From Octopus sinensis (Eukaryota): a stretch of 64,000 nt of DNA. Under the pieces are notes generated by a model that was not told where the DNA came from, did not search any database, and was given only the letters and a program-made list of their open reading frames with translations. Shown one piece after another: positions 1-12,200 of this stretch. How positions within the stretch are numbered: the stretch's first letter is position 1; every line of letters starts with the position of its first letter. The stretch spans positions 7,688,001-7,752,000 of the forward strand of contig NC_043005.1 in NCBI RefSeq assembly GCF_006345805.1, in the 5' to 3' direction. Position numbers and translations under genes: made by a program.

Positions 1-215
1 GTTTTCAAGGCTCATTTTGAATTGGTAATTATACCAACCTCTACAGCTCTTCAATAGTATAGTACTTATCTTGAAACTGTTTTAACTCTTCTAAAACTTC
101 TGCACTCATATTTTTCACTCACGTTTCACTGACCAGCTCCTCAATGTCCCTGACGACTGCTGGCACTATTTTTTCTTCAAATTTCTGTATGTCATTGCAA
201 GCTTCTAACCATAAC
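1..215 (-). pseudogene. Possible decayed pogo/Tigger-like transposase C-terminal fragment
   Basis: Manual minus-strand translation LWLEACNDIQKFEEKIVPAVVRDIEELVSET*VKNMSAEVLEELKQ resembles the acidic helical Tigger/TIGD C-terminus; in-frame stops; weak similarity judged by eye. Confidence 0.3.
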
Positions 216-282
216 CTCTCCTAGACACTATGCATGTAGTGTCAGATGCGTCGTCTCAAGTTGCATTGGTATTAACCACATC

Positions 283-510
283 GGCGAGCTGGCAGATACG
301 TTAGCGCGCCGGGCGAAATGCTTAGCAGTATTTCGTCTTTCGCTACGTTCTGAGTTCAAATTTCGCCGAGGTCGACTTTGCCTTTCATCCTTTCGGGGTC
401 GATTAAATAAGTACCAGTTACGCACTGGGGTCGATATAATCGACTTAATCCGTTTGTCTGTCCTTGTTTGTCCCCTCTGTGTGTAGCCCCTTGTGGGTAG
501 TAAAGAAATA
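283..510 (+). mobile_element. tRNA-headed SINE, family M (central GCCTTTCATCCTTTCGGGGTCGAT domain), tail A
   Basis: Head GGCGAGCTGGCAGA and B-box-like GAGTTCAAAT; flanked by direct repeat GGTATTAACCA (268-278, 511-521); many related copies in the window. Confidence 0.9.
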
Positions 511-699
511 GGTATTAACCATATTTACTGACCTTTGACAAAAAAGATTCCAAAGCAATTTATTAAATCAGTTTGTTAAAACTAGCCAATCAAATATTGA
601 TATGTATTCTAAAAAATTGGATAGAGCATCTCACGGATATAGTGATTACTTTGTGATCACACTAATTGTCAACATGTAGAATGGTTCACCGTCTTCACA

Positions 700-1900
700 A
701 GATTGGAGAAGCAATACTGATTTCCCCGAACGAGGGAGAGATGCCAAGACAGGCCGTATTAGCTTTCCTTGTAACAGTTGATAAGGTTTTTATTGAATCG
801 TATGCAGACACATATATGTCCAATCTTATCTCAGACTCTTAATGTAGATTCAAATCTGGCAGAGGCACTACAGATATGATCTATCGTGACAGACATTCGC
901 AAAAGAAATGTATAGAGAAGAGATTTATCAAACGAAAGCTTTTGATATGATATGGTGAGTAGAAATGAGCTGTGGAGAATCATGTAAAATTTGGGATGTT
1001 CACTTATATTTGTTAATTCGTTTGTCCTACGACACACTGGCTTGAAGGGCTCTTCAAATCAAATAGTGCTCTGTAGGAATCACGTGGAAAATAGTGTCAT
1101 CTTTATTTTTCACACACTTTGCAGTCGTGAATTTTCGGGCAGTTAAGGACTGTTATCTAAGCATTTTTGTCTGCTATCACACAAGGTAACTCTTTAATCT
1201 GAATCGTTTCAAAAAGCAAAATTGAAAAGTTTTATAACCCTGGTTTGCTGATGATTATGACCTAGAAAAAAATATTAAAAAGATAATGAATCTCTTCTCC
1301 AGAGACTTAAACAAGCTTCAAGAAAACTAAGGTGATGTTTGTACCAGTTCCAGGAGGACCGTATGTGGAACCAAATGTACTTGTGTAAGGGACTAGACTT
1401 GATGTAGAAGATTCTTTTGCGTACTCTTGCAGCTCTTTCTCCAGGAATGGCTGCTTAGATTATGAGATCAGTTTGAGGAGTGAGGAGGCCACAAGTGCGT
1501 TCGGTACAATATAGAATCGTGTCTTGTCGACAGGGAGTTGAAACGTTCTGCTAAACTTTACATCAATTGATGCTTGCACCATTACGTCCCTTTTCATGTA
1601 TCGATGATACATGATAGATCAAAATACTTGATAGGTTTTACCAGAAGTCTCTAAAGCGTGTACTAAGCATCACTGAAAGTCTTATACACCTGATACAGAA
1701 CTTCCGGAAAAGTATGATGTCTTGATAGGGAAGCTTAACTCATCATGTGCCGTATGCGATGTTTGAACAGAAGCGAATAGCGGTCTATTAGTAGAAGCAG
1801 TAGTGAGACGTAACTCGAAAGCTGTAACAGATTGAGGCCATGTAGGGTAGGGGCCTGATAGATAATCTCTCTCCTGCACAGTTTGTTTTCGGGTTATATT
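700..1900 (+). pseudogene. Decayed RTE-clade LINE reverse transcriptase
   Basis: Frameshifted motifs CRFKSGRGTTDMIY, KAFDMVSRNELWRIM, FADD, TKVMF and ATSAFG occur in RTE-RT order. Confidence 0.75.
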
Positions 1901-2179
1901 TCAAAAGATGGTTAGGAGAAATATAAAAAGATCGTACATCATGAAACAAATACGGGATACCCACAATCCGTTTATATACGTACACCCCACCTGAGAAATT
2001 GTTTATGCCCAGGTATGTTCTTATTTACCGAATGCACTATGAAAGAGCAGTTGATAAGATTTTTGTAAAAATATTTGCTACATTTATCTCCCCATCTCTC
2101 CCGCACACACAGACGCACGCACGCACACATACACACACCCACGCGCGCGCGCACACACACACACACGTTCTTCTTAATT

Positions 2180-2545
2180 AGGCCGACTGCCTTTCATCCT
2201 TTCGGGGTTGACAAAATAAGGACAAGCTGAGTACTGGAATCGGTGTAATCGACTAGCCTCCCCCCCATTCTAGGTCTTGTGCCTATTATAGAAAGGATTA
2301 TTGTTAATGGGGCAACGAGCTGGCAGAACCACCATGTTGTTCGGCGAACACTAGTAATGCCGAACAACATGGTGAATAATATTTCATCTGTTTGTACGTT
2401 CTGAGTTCAAATTCCGTCGAGGTCGACTTTGATTTTCATCCTTTCGAGGTCGATAAAATGGTACCAGTTGAACATGGAGTCAAAGTAATTGACTCACCCT
2501 CCCCTAAAATTGCTGGCCTTGTGCCAAAGTTTGAAACCATTATTA
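2180..2545 (+). mobile_element. Two adjacent family-M SINE copies (first partial), tail B
   Basis: CCTTTCATCCTTTCGGGGT core and GCCTTGTGCC tail in both; second copy has head GAGCTGGCAGAA. Confidence 0.8.
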
Positions 2546-2589
2546 TATTTTACTTCTTAGAGCTCTCAGTCTTCACTTGCTCCGGTTAA

Positions 2590-2860
2590 TTCTGTGAGAG
2601 CGGACAGCAACTTGTTACCAAAGGTCTTACAGGGTCTCCCAGGGTTTCTTTCCACGGATTATAAGACTTGGTTCCTAGGTGTTTAATATTATGGAAGATA
2701 CCTAACACCAAAGTACCAATTTCAAAATCCTGGCTGTTCCTAATAGAACAGTTTCTTTGAGCATGCTCTACCATCATGTCGGTTCCAATTTTTCCGATAT
2801 ATTTCTCAAATTTGGTTGTTAGTGCTCCGAGTGTCCAATGATAGAATGTCACATAACAAT
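2590..2860 (-). pseudogene. 3' end of an R4/Dong-like (restriction-like endonuclease) non-LTR retrotransposon
   Basis: ORF 2586-2852 segment LGALTTKFEKYIGKIGTDMMVEHAQ matches the post-endonuclease C-terminus pattern (IGALG..T..LE....I...Q) of R4-clade elements. Confidence 0.55.
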
Positions 2861-3080
2861 ATGGAATTTCGCCATTTCCTGTCTCGTGTGATATTGAGAA
2901 AATTTGATGAGTATTAGGTTAAATGGCAAATGGCCATAATTTATTCGAATTACCGCCAAAAATTATATTGTTATATTTTAAACTTGTAAACATTGTTTGT
3001 TATTAGTTAATGAAGTTAGCTTGGTTATGAATTCTGTATTCGAAACTCATAAGCCACTGGGCTACTGTACGGTTAATAAA

Positions 3081-3386
3081 GTGGAGGCACATGGCCTAGT
3101 GGTTAGAGCAACGGACTCGCGATCGAGGGATCGCGGGTTCGAATCTCAGACCGGGCGATGTGTGTGTTTATGAGCGAAACACCTAAGTTCCACGCGGCTC
3201 CGGCAGAAGGTAATGGCGAAACTTCTGCTGACTCTCACGCCACAACTTTCTCTCACTCTTTCCTCCTGCATATTGCAGCTCACCTGCGACGGACCGGCGT
3301 CCCGTCCAGGTGGGGAACCTATACGCCGAGGAAACCGTGAAACCGGCCCTTATGAGCCAGGCGTGGCTCGGGAAGGAAGAAACAAC
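3081..3386 (+). mobile_element. tRNA-Arg-like SINE, head H1 with tail T2
   Basis: A-box TGGCCTAGTGG, B-box GGTTCGAATCT, TCG anticodon-like loop; approximate TSD GGTTAAT(A/G)AA; homologous to 16289-16589 and 61985-62283. Confidence 0.9.
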
Positions 3387-4129
3387 GGTTAATGAAGGAC
3401 CTGCAATGAAATGGCTCTGCCGGAAATAGAACCTCAGACACACACTCGATGTGTTTGCAACATATCAACAATGAGCAGCGCTTGTATACTCATATACACA
3501 TACGCGCACGCAAAAAGTCAGTCCCACATGAGCATATAAACAAAATATGCAGTAGAGAATCAAAGATACATACTAGCATAGAGGTAAATTACATAGATTG
3601 ATACATATTGCATGACGTTTGCTCAGATGTCGTTGTTTATTTTCATTAATTATCATATCTTGTCAGTTTTCATGAATAAAATTTTAATTCCGACTGTTTA
3701 AAAAAAAATCTGAACAACAAAATATTAAAAGATTCTTACAAAATAATTTAGAAATGATATTGGAAATTAAAATAATCTGAAATTAATAACAAATATACCA
3801 TAAGTGGCTTTTCTTGTTGGCAGAAATCGGCAGACTTAACATTAAAACTATTTCTACTTTGGATATTATTTTGACGGTATTAAGTTGTTTATTGATAAAG
3901 CACTTTAGTTGTTGCGGTTTCTGCCGCCGCCGCCGCCGCATTGTCGCCATCGTCATATCATTGTCATATTTACGTTTTCTTTGGAATGAGTTGCTTTCTT
4001 AAAAAATAGAGTAACCATGATGATGATGATGGTGATGATGACGATGACACATACATACATACATACACACATACATACATACATACATACATACATTCAT
4101 GCATACATACATACATAATACATACATAC

Positions 4130-4653
4130 ATCATGGCTGCCCCCTCGTTATCGAGTTTGGCCATTGCACGAAGCTTAACTGTTACTGGTACTGTGATCGA
4201 ATGTGACTTTTAAGCCCAGCTAAAGATCTACACTGTCTTGTAAAGAATTGGCAACTAAAACCTGTACCGGTAATAGCCGGCTGTAGTTGCAACTGGGCTT
4301 CATGTACCTTTGCATGTCGTTTAAGTCATCCTGCCGAATTACACTCTCTTCCACATGCCCGACAGATATGATTAGTATCGTGTGCTACACCACCACCAGA
4401 GGCCAAGTTGTCACTCATCTGTCTCGCTTTATGACTACGAAGATGACTCTTGAGTCCAGCTTTACTGAGGCAGGGTCTTGCACAGACAGATATTGCATGT
4501 CAGAATCAAAGGAAGACCCTTCCCTTCTGGAAGTGTAACAGCGATGCCCTTCCTCACATCTTTCCTTACTTTCTCATGTGCAACTCTAGATTTCTCAAAA
4601 GTGGCTGTTCCCTCGTGCACAATCCTTCTCCACCTGCTACGATCAATAACTAC

Positions 4654-4655
<2 letters not shown>
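4130..4655 (-). pseudogene. 3' end of an RTE-like LINE with three C2H2-like zinc fingers, embedded in (TACA)n
   Basis: Minus translation CARPCLSKAGLKSHLRSH...ICRACGRECNSAG*LKRHAKVH...CQFFTRQCRSLAGLKSHIRS; ends GGCAGCCATGATG running into (TATG)n. Confidence 0.7.
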
Positions 4656-4684
<29 letters not shown>

Positions 4685-4957
4685 CATACATACATACATA
4701 CATGCATACATTCATGCATAGATACATACATACATACATACATACATGCATACGCATGTATAACTATGTATGTATCTGTGTGTGCGTGTGCATGTGTGTT
4801 AAATTGAAATTATTATTTTGAAGTTAATTTAAAAACAACTGAACATTTACTGATTAGGAGGGCTGACTGACCCAATACCGTGGAAAGAGTCACATTTATT
4901 GTGAATTTCGTGTCAACATGAATTTTCACAACACCCATGCACACATATATTGCACAT

Positions 4958-5015
<58 letters not shown>

Positions 5016-5149
5016 TCGTTATTTGGTAACTCATTTACAGAGTTAATTTTATTTTCTGATCCAACTGAAACTTAGAATTGTAGTAGACGGATGTACATCT
5101 ACTGGTCTGTTTAACAGCCACCTTTCAGTCAGTTCGTTCAAGTGTTTAA

Positions 5150-5300
5150 GTACGCATGCGTGTGTGTAAGTGAGTATGCGTTCACGTGTGTGCGTTTGTG
5201 AATGTGTATGCCGGTGACTTTATCCCTATATATGTTCCAAAGTATGCATGTAAGCGTGTGGGCACTTGTATGTATGTATGTATGTATGTATGTATGTATG

Positions 5301-5331
<31 letters not shown>

Positions 5332-5421
5332 GTATGTATGTATGTATGTATGTATGTATGTATGTATGCATGTACGTATGTATGTATGGATGGATGGATG
5401 CGTATATGTATATGTATATAT

Positions 5422-5480
<59 letters not shown>
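5150..5480. repeat. Compound (TG)n/(TATG)n/(TA)n microsatellite
   Basis: Direct reading; similar compound tracts at 6500-6780, 7325-7577, 24630-24780, 37698-37806, 44990-45440, 49860-50020, 54810-55005, 63370-63475 and 63829-63940. Confidence 0.97.
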
Positions 5481-5481
<1 letters not shown>

Positions 5482-5719
5482 CATACACATATTGTATTTC
5501 GGGATATTTTTTGCCAAAAAAAAAAAGCACACACACACAATATATTTGTTCTTAACTCGTTTATTACTGTTCTTATTCTAACCCATGTCCATTAACCTGA
5601 AATCTTTCGTCACACATCTGTGACCCCCTCAGTGAAACTTTTTGTCTTCGCGTGTGCTCCTGCTCCACCATTTCTGTTTACAATAACAATAAATATTTTT
5701 TTTTTATTAAAAATCTCAA

Positions 5720-6330
5720 ATTCCAGTGTTCTTTTCTCAATCTCTCTTCTCTTTGAAAGCATCTCATACAATTACTCGTTTTAATGACGAAAACATTTTT
5801 CACAGGAAGCAAATTTGGCAGATATGGCCAGAATCGTGCGTAGTAATTATGTTACTTCCGCCAGAGCTTGGTTTAGTTTAATTTTCCGTTTTATTTCTGC
5901 GACATCTTGTATATTTGACGCTTGATTTGCAAAATCAGCAGTATAAACTGATTTCAGCTCGCATTTCAATCCATCTAAATCCAATGTTTTTATAGTCATC
6001 CAAAGATGGAAACACTACTATCGAAAATTATTTTCGGAAGCGTAAAAAGGATTAGGATTCAAGAATTCAATAAATCTGAACTCACCGTTTGTTTAAAATC
6101 TTTGTTCAACGTAAACAATCACTTCATGCCGAATGTTGTTAAATAAAGTTCTTAAAACAGCTTCTGCTTCCTGAAGTTGAGCACGTTTCTCTGGTAGTTC
6201 AGCAACAGAATCCAGAACCCTGCAGTAAAATTCCTTGGTCGCTGTCCAATGACTGATGCAAGTAAAACAAAAAGGTACATATACACGCATGTGCCAGCAC
6301 AAGACAGCCATTATGCTCCCACCCGACAAA
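5720..6330 (-). pseudogene. Decayed hAT-superfamily transposase C-terminal region
   Basis: RTLFNNIRHEVIVYVEQRF*TNGEFRFIEFLNP...LDGLKCELKSVY and ILAISAKFASCEKCFS(S)LKRV resemble the hAT dimerisation-domain motif SxERxFSxLKR. Confidence 0.6.
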
Positions 6331-6407
6331 ACACCACCACGTGGACTCTGTTGAGACGAGTAAGAAACAATTATGAACTTTTTTTATTACACTTAACCTT
6401 TAAAAAT

Positions 6408-6455
6408 GTTTTTGATAAGGTTCGTTTTTTCAAGAAGAACCGAAACATGTAAAAT
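6408..6455 (+). ncRNA. Degenerate type I hammerhead-ribozyme-like motif
   Basis: GTTT-TTGATAA-GGTTC[13 nt]GAACC-GAAAC-AT-GT-A-AAAT: 5-bp helix II and palindromic ACATGT helix III; core differs from CUGANGA at positions 3 and 8. Confidence 0.4.
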
Positions 6456-6534
6456 CTCTAAGAAAATTAAAATTCATCTTATATAGTGGCGTTTTCAAAC
6501 TTCTTATACATATACATATACATACATACATACA

Positions 6535-6565
<31 letters not shown>

Positions 6566-6606
6566 CACATATATACATACATACATACATACATATATAT
6601 ATATAT

Positions 6607-6639
<33 letters not shown>

Positions 6640-6705
6640 CACATATATATATATACACACACACACATATATATATATATATAATATATATATACACACA
6701 TATAT

Positions 6706-6747
<42 letters not shown>

Positions 6748-7375
6748 TATATATACATACATAAATATATATATATATACACCATAACCATCACTTGCAA
6801 ACAGAAATGAACTGATTGCATATACCATACTTTCGCAAATTTATTTAGGTGTCTATATAGTTGCTCTGTTGTGAACATGTTTAACCGTCTTTAAACACCT
6901 GAATTACATACAAATGTATACCTTTAATACTCTGGCACATTTTAGCTGTAAATTATTTCATTGTTAACACAATAATGAAGAAATTACGAAGAAATTTAAT
7001 TATACCTTTTATTTTACTCTAACTTATCAGACATTGTATAAAAATGTTAAATTACACTTTCATTTTATTGAAATTAGATTATTTATTGCTTTTGTCTTGT
7101 TGAATATAATAGAATGTAAAATTTTATGCTTTTAAAAAACAATTTATTTTCCTTTAGAGCTGGTTGTTATTTAATAGTTTGTAAATAGTTTGAGCAAACT
7201 TACTAGCGTTTTATACTTGTCCAGTTTTGTGTTAGAAATAATGAATGGTACGTATTTTCTTTTTTAATAAGTCAGACAAGAGAGAAGGTAAAGTCAATAC
7301 ATAGTGGTGTTTTCAAACTTCTTATAGATATCTATATATATATATATATACATACATAATACATACATACACACG

Positions 7376-7441
<66 letters not shown>

Positions 7442-7513
7442 GTATATATGTATATATATATTTATTATATATGTATATATATATATGTATATATATATAT
7501 GTATATATATATA

Positions 7514-7581
<68 letters not shown>

Positions 7582-7599
7582 ATAACCATCACTTGCAAT

Positions 7600-7930
7600 C
7601 AGATATGAACGTTTGATGGCATTCCTAGATCGACGAGTTGATGTTCAGTTTCAATATCTGTAGGTCGATGTAAGGTAAAGAAGGATTGGGAGAATCTAAG
7701 AGGCGAGATTTAGTAGGAGTAACAGGAAGCTGAAAAAAGGTGCTGGTCAGGTGTATTTCGGTGTATTTGTGTGTTGACGGCTAGTTCAGAGGAGCCAAGC
7801 TCGCTACAGAAATGATATAAGCGAATGAGAGGTATCAGTGTATCTGTGAACTAATGGTTGTAGCTAGAATTTTTGTGGGTGTAGCAGCAGTACCATCCCA
7901 TATATATGAACAATATTGCATCGTTATTAT
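7600..7930 (-). pseudogene. CR1/Jockey-group LINE 3' fragment
   Basis: QYCSYIWDG (cf. EYCSxVW) and CSEL segments; tail TTGCAAGTGATGGTTATGG runs into (TA)n. Confidence 0.5.
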
Positions 7931-7959
7931 CATTACCTGTTCGGGTAATACAGTATATC

Positions 7960-8400
7960 GTCTGTGTTTTCAATTCGTACAATTAAACAGGTAATACTTT
8001 TACTCTGCATACTTTGCCCTTCATTTGGACCAACACGTGATTGTTGTTCCACACTCAATTTCTCAAACTTCAGAATGCCGAGGTGTTTTCGTCTCCTTGT
8101 CTTTCAGTTAGGCATTGGAGCTGTTATCATTAATGATCTTACAACTCAGTTACATAAAGTGGTTTGCCTCTTCCAGTTCCTGTCCTTCATTAACGATCTA
8201 CTCAGGTTATGCTACTAAACTTATATCAGGTCTTGATTGATTGATAATTTCAGTCTTCTGGATGTTAATTTTGAAATCAACGTTGACACAATTTCATCGA
8301 AAGCATCCACCAAGCTCTGCATATCCCCTGTACGATAGAAAACACAGACAATCAGCGAAGAACATGTCTATCACTAACGTGTTTTATCTTAGTTTTCCAT
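7960..8400 (-). pseudogene. Decayed RTE-like RT fragment
   Basis: Minus frames give DMFFAD, KINIQKTE, VNEGQELEEANHF and KIINDNS in RTE thumb-region order. Confidence 0.55.
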
Positions 8401-9770
8401 GAGAAGATGGTAACACCTTCAAGTGGTTAGTATTGGAACTTGCTCATACAACACACACACACACACACACACACAACACACACACACACACACACGCAGA
8501 CACACACGCGGAGACACACAGACACACTCACACACATACACACAACATCGATCTGCTTTCGGAATGCTTGTTTTGTGCATCATTGACAAATTAAGTGAAA
8601 GTAGCAGAAATTAGAGCTTAGCCCTACGCGAAACCTCTATAACGGTTGAAGTGTTCATTTACAATTTAAGATCACATTTCACGTGTCTCTATCGGTGTCC
8701 ATATTAAAAAACATTGAAATAAGATATGCGTAGAAAAATGAAATTAGTCATGATGTAAATATTCTCCAGTGTTAAAGAGCGAAAGCATTCAGTAATGAAA
8801 ATATTTTTAAGCCAGTATCAATAATTTATATCCATCCACGCAGGTGCATTTGTCCCACTTTATATTAAAGACAATAATTTTAATGCTTTTAGGTTACTGT
8901 ATTTTGATGAATATTGCAGTTACTATCACTACCCGTGGTTTAACATAGTCACACACACACACACACACACCACACACATCATTTGAAAGGCAAAGAGAAT
9001 TGTAGTTGTCTAACATCAAAATAACAGTAGTTTAATGAATTTTACGTATTAAATTGTTTTCTTTTATATAATGAATAGGAATTTATTCAGTTTTTTATAT
9101 TTAACAATTAATATCATTAATTTTAGTCCGAGAGACGGAACACATTTTTGTTTTCCAGTGAAGAGGGCTGGATAGTGCCAATGACTTTTTACAAGGCTTT
9201 TGAGACTGATCGGAGCAAGCAGTTATGCTTAAATTGGAAAGCTGGCTCTAAGGCTTCCAACAGAGTAGGCTCTGCTAAAGGGACCCCAGGACTAGGTTAA
9301 ACTTGGCAATGGATAAATCTACCACCCGCGTGAGCTACAGCATGATTTGAACTCAGGACGCAAGGAGCTGGAATAATACCGCAAAGCATCCGGTTCGATG
9401 TCCTTGCAGTTCCGCCGAACCACTTCCCCTGGTTTGGTACTATTTACATGGGTACTGAAAATATAAAGGGTAAAGTTGACTTTGGTAGGATATGAACTCA
9501 GTGTGTAGATAATCGGAACAAATCCCACGAGAATTCTATGTCTCTAACGATTCTGCCAATCCACCATTTACTTTTTAAGCCAATACAAAGATTACTTCAG
9601 AGAGGCAACTTGTGGTACATATTTCTTATTTTCTTTATGTTTTGTATTTGAAATTTATTTTCCCCATTCGTTGAATCCACCTACCCATAAAGTCATAGCA
9701 GCGACAACTTTCGGAATTCTTGTGAAGCCTCCATAATTAAATCTTTCACGGAGATGAACTAAAATTATAT

Positions 9771-10553
9771 TCTTTTCTACTCTAGATACAAGGCCCGAAA
9801 TTTTTGGGGAGGGGCCAATCGATTAGGTCGATCTTCTAGTACGCAACTGGTATTTAATTTATCGACCCAGAAAGGATGAAAGGCGAAGTCGACCTCGGCG
9901 GAATTTGAACTCAGAACGTAAAGACAGACGAAAGACTTATTTCTTTACTACCCACAAGGGGCTAAACACAGAGAGGACAAACAATGACAGACAAACGGAT
10001 TAAGTCGATTATATCGACCCCAGTGCGTAACTGGTATTTAATTTATCGATCCCGAAAGGATGAAAGGCGAAGTCGACCTCGGCGGAATTTGAACTCAGAA
10101 CGTAAAGACAGACGAAAGACTTATTTCTTTACTACCCACAAGGGGCTAAACACAGAGAGGACAAACAATGACAGACAAACGGATTAAGTCGATTATATCG
10201 ACCCCAGTGCGTAACTGGTATTTAATTTATCGACCCCGAAAGGATGAAAGGCAAAGTCGACTTCGGCAGAATTTGAACTCAGAACGTAAAGACAGACGAA
10301 AGGCTTATTTCTTTACTACCCACAAGGGGCTAAACACAGAGAGGACAAACAATGACAGACAAACGGATTAAGTCGATTATATCGACCCCAGTGCGTAACT
10401 GGTATTTAATTTATCGACCCCGAAAGGATGAAAGGCAAAGTCGACTTCGGCAGAATTTGAACTCAGAACGTAACGGTAGACGAAATACGGCTACGCATAT
10501 ATATATATATACGGCTACGCATTTCGCCCGGCGTGCTAACGGTTCTGCCAGCT
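9771..10553 (-). mobile_element. Family-M SINE tandem array: head, three 184-bp tail-A units and one tail-B unit
   Basis: Near-identical units with period 184 (repeated ORF starts at 9984, 10168, 10352); tail B at 9771-9830. Confidence 0.9.
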
Positions 10554-11816
10554 CAGTTAAAGTACAAGTAGATAAAGTTGAGAAGTTTAAGAATTATATC
10601 TAATTCCACCTCTGTTTTACGACGTAAAATTTTCTCCAGAATGACTCTCGAAATTTCACGCGCCCGTACAGTTCAATAACTCTACAGTAGTTATGACAAA
10701 CACTTTGCTAGCACCTTAACAAAGAAATTAGATGTGTAGTGAATTGATATTCGATTTCTTTTTTAGCAGTGAGTAAACTATGAATGAAAGCTAAACATGT
10801 TTACATTTTTTGCTTGAAAACAGTGTTTTTGTGGAGATATACAAAACCAACGTGAAAGCGATTAAAAAGTGACTCCTTTTTTCAACTGCTTTCACATTGG
10901 CTTTGTATATCAGCACAATAACACTCCGTTAAAAGAAATAATAATAATAATAAAAATGATGATAATAATAATAATAATAATAATAATAAACAGTTAATAA
11001 ATATGTACGATAAATTCTGTAAAAAACACCACTTGTTCGAATCCATTCTTAGCCATACGATATCTCTCTTGTAACCATTCTTTTGAAAAAATCTCAACTG
11101 GTTTTACGTGAATCAAAGAAATAAACGATCAAAATGAATTCTACAGCCCACAAGAGTATAGGAATATACAAGGTGTATGTATGAGGGGGAAAGAAAAGAT
11201 GAAGAAAGAAAGAGAGGGAGAGAGAGAGGGAGTGAATGAGAAAGGGAATGACAGAGAGCGAGAGAGAGATTGAGAGAGAGAAGATCTGGAGAAATAAGCA
11301 AAGAAAGTAAGAAGAATATCAAAAGAAGTAACATGAAGACATGCATGATAGCAGAAAAGGACATCTGAAAGAAGACAAAGAAAGCAAACAGAACTAGAAA
11401 TCACGAAACGACCATTTATAACTGTTGGGAATTCTAGCAGACATGTTAATTTTCTTAAATCGACTTTTCTCTGATTTATGTTGTGACTATCTTACATACT
11501 GCATTTAATTATTTCTTTTATTTACAGCATTGGATGCTGATAACATCTACACTCGTATGTCACATCAACATTTTCTGTCACATATCGGAACAAAATGCTC
11601 GATAGGTGGTTCATATTCCGGGCATATTTTTTTTTGCGTAGATTTGAATTGTTTGTTTACTGTTTTTCGAAGAAATGTGATACATTTTCCAGTCGGACTT
11701 TGATAGGGAACCAAAAAGCGCTACTATTTCGTTTATTCATTAAGTATTTTGTTCCATATCGCTTGTGTTTGGATTGCTTGGATAAACTTGTGTGTGACGT
11801 GATTTAGTGGTCGCTG

Positions 11817-12200
11817 TGTGGAGGCGCAATGACCCAGTGATTAGGGCAGCAGACTCGCGGTCGTAGGATCGCGGTTTCGATTCCCAGACCGGGCGTTGTG
11901 GGTGTTTATTGAGCGAAAACACCTAAAGCTCCACGAGGCTCCGGCAGGGGATGGTGGTGATCCCTGCTGTACTCTTTCACCACAACTTTCTCTCGTTCTT
12001 TCTTCCTGTTTCTCTTGTACCTGTATTTCAAAGGGCCGGCCTTGTCACTCTCTGTGTCACTCTGAATATCCCCGAGAACTGCGTTCAGGGTACACGTGTC
12101 TGTGGAGAGCTCAGCCACATACACGTTAATTTCACGAGCAGGCTGTTCCGTTGATCGGATCAATCGGAACCCTCGTCGTCGTAACCGACGGAGTGCTTCT
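11817..12200 (+). mobile_element. tRNA-Arg-like SINE, head H1 with tail T1
   Basis: GTGGAGGCGCAATG head; tail GTCGTAACCGACGGAGTG; approximate TSD TAGTGGTC(G/A)CT (11805, 12206). Confidence 0.9.

Noticed and set aside
9771-10553. Regularly spaced repeats resembling a CRISPR array
   Set aside because: Units are whole SINE bodies with no unique spacers; no cas genes; eukaryotic context
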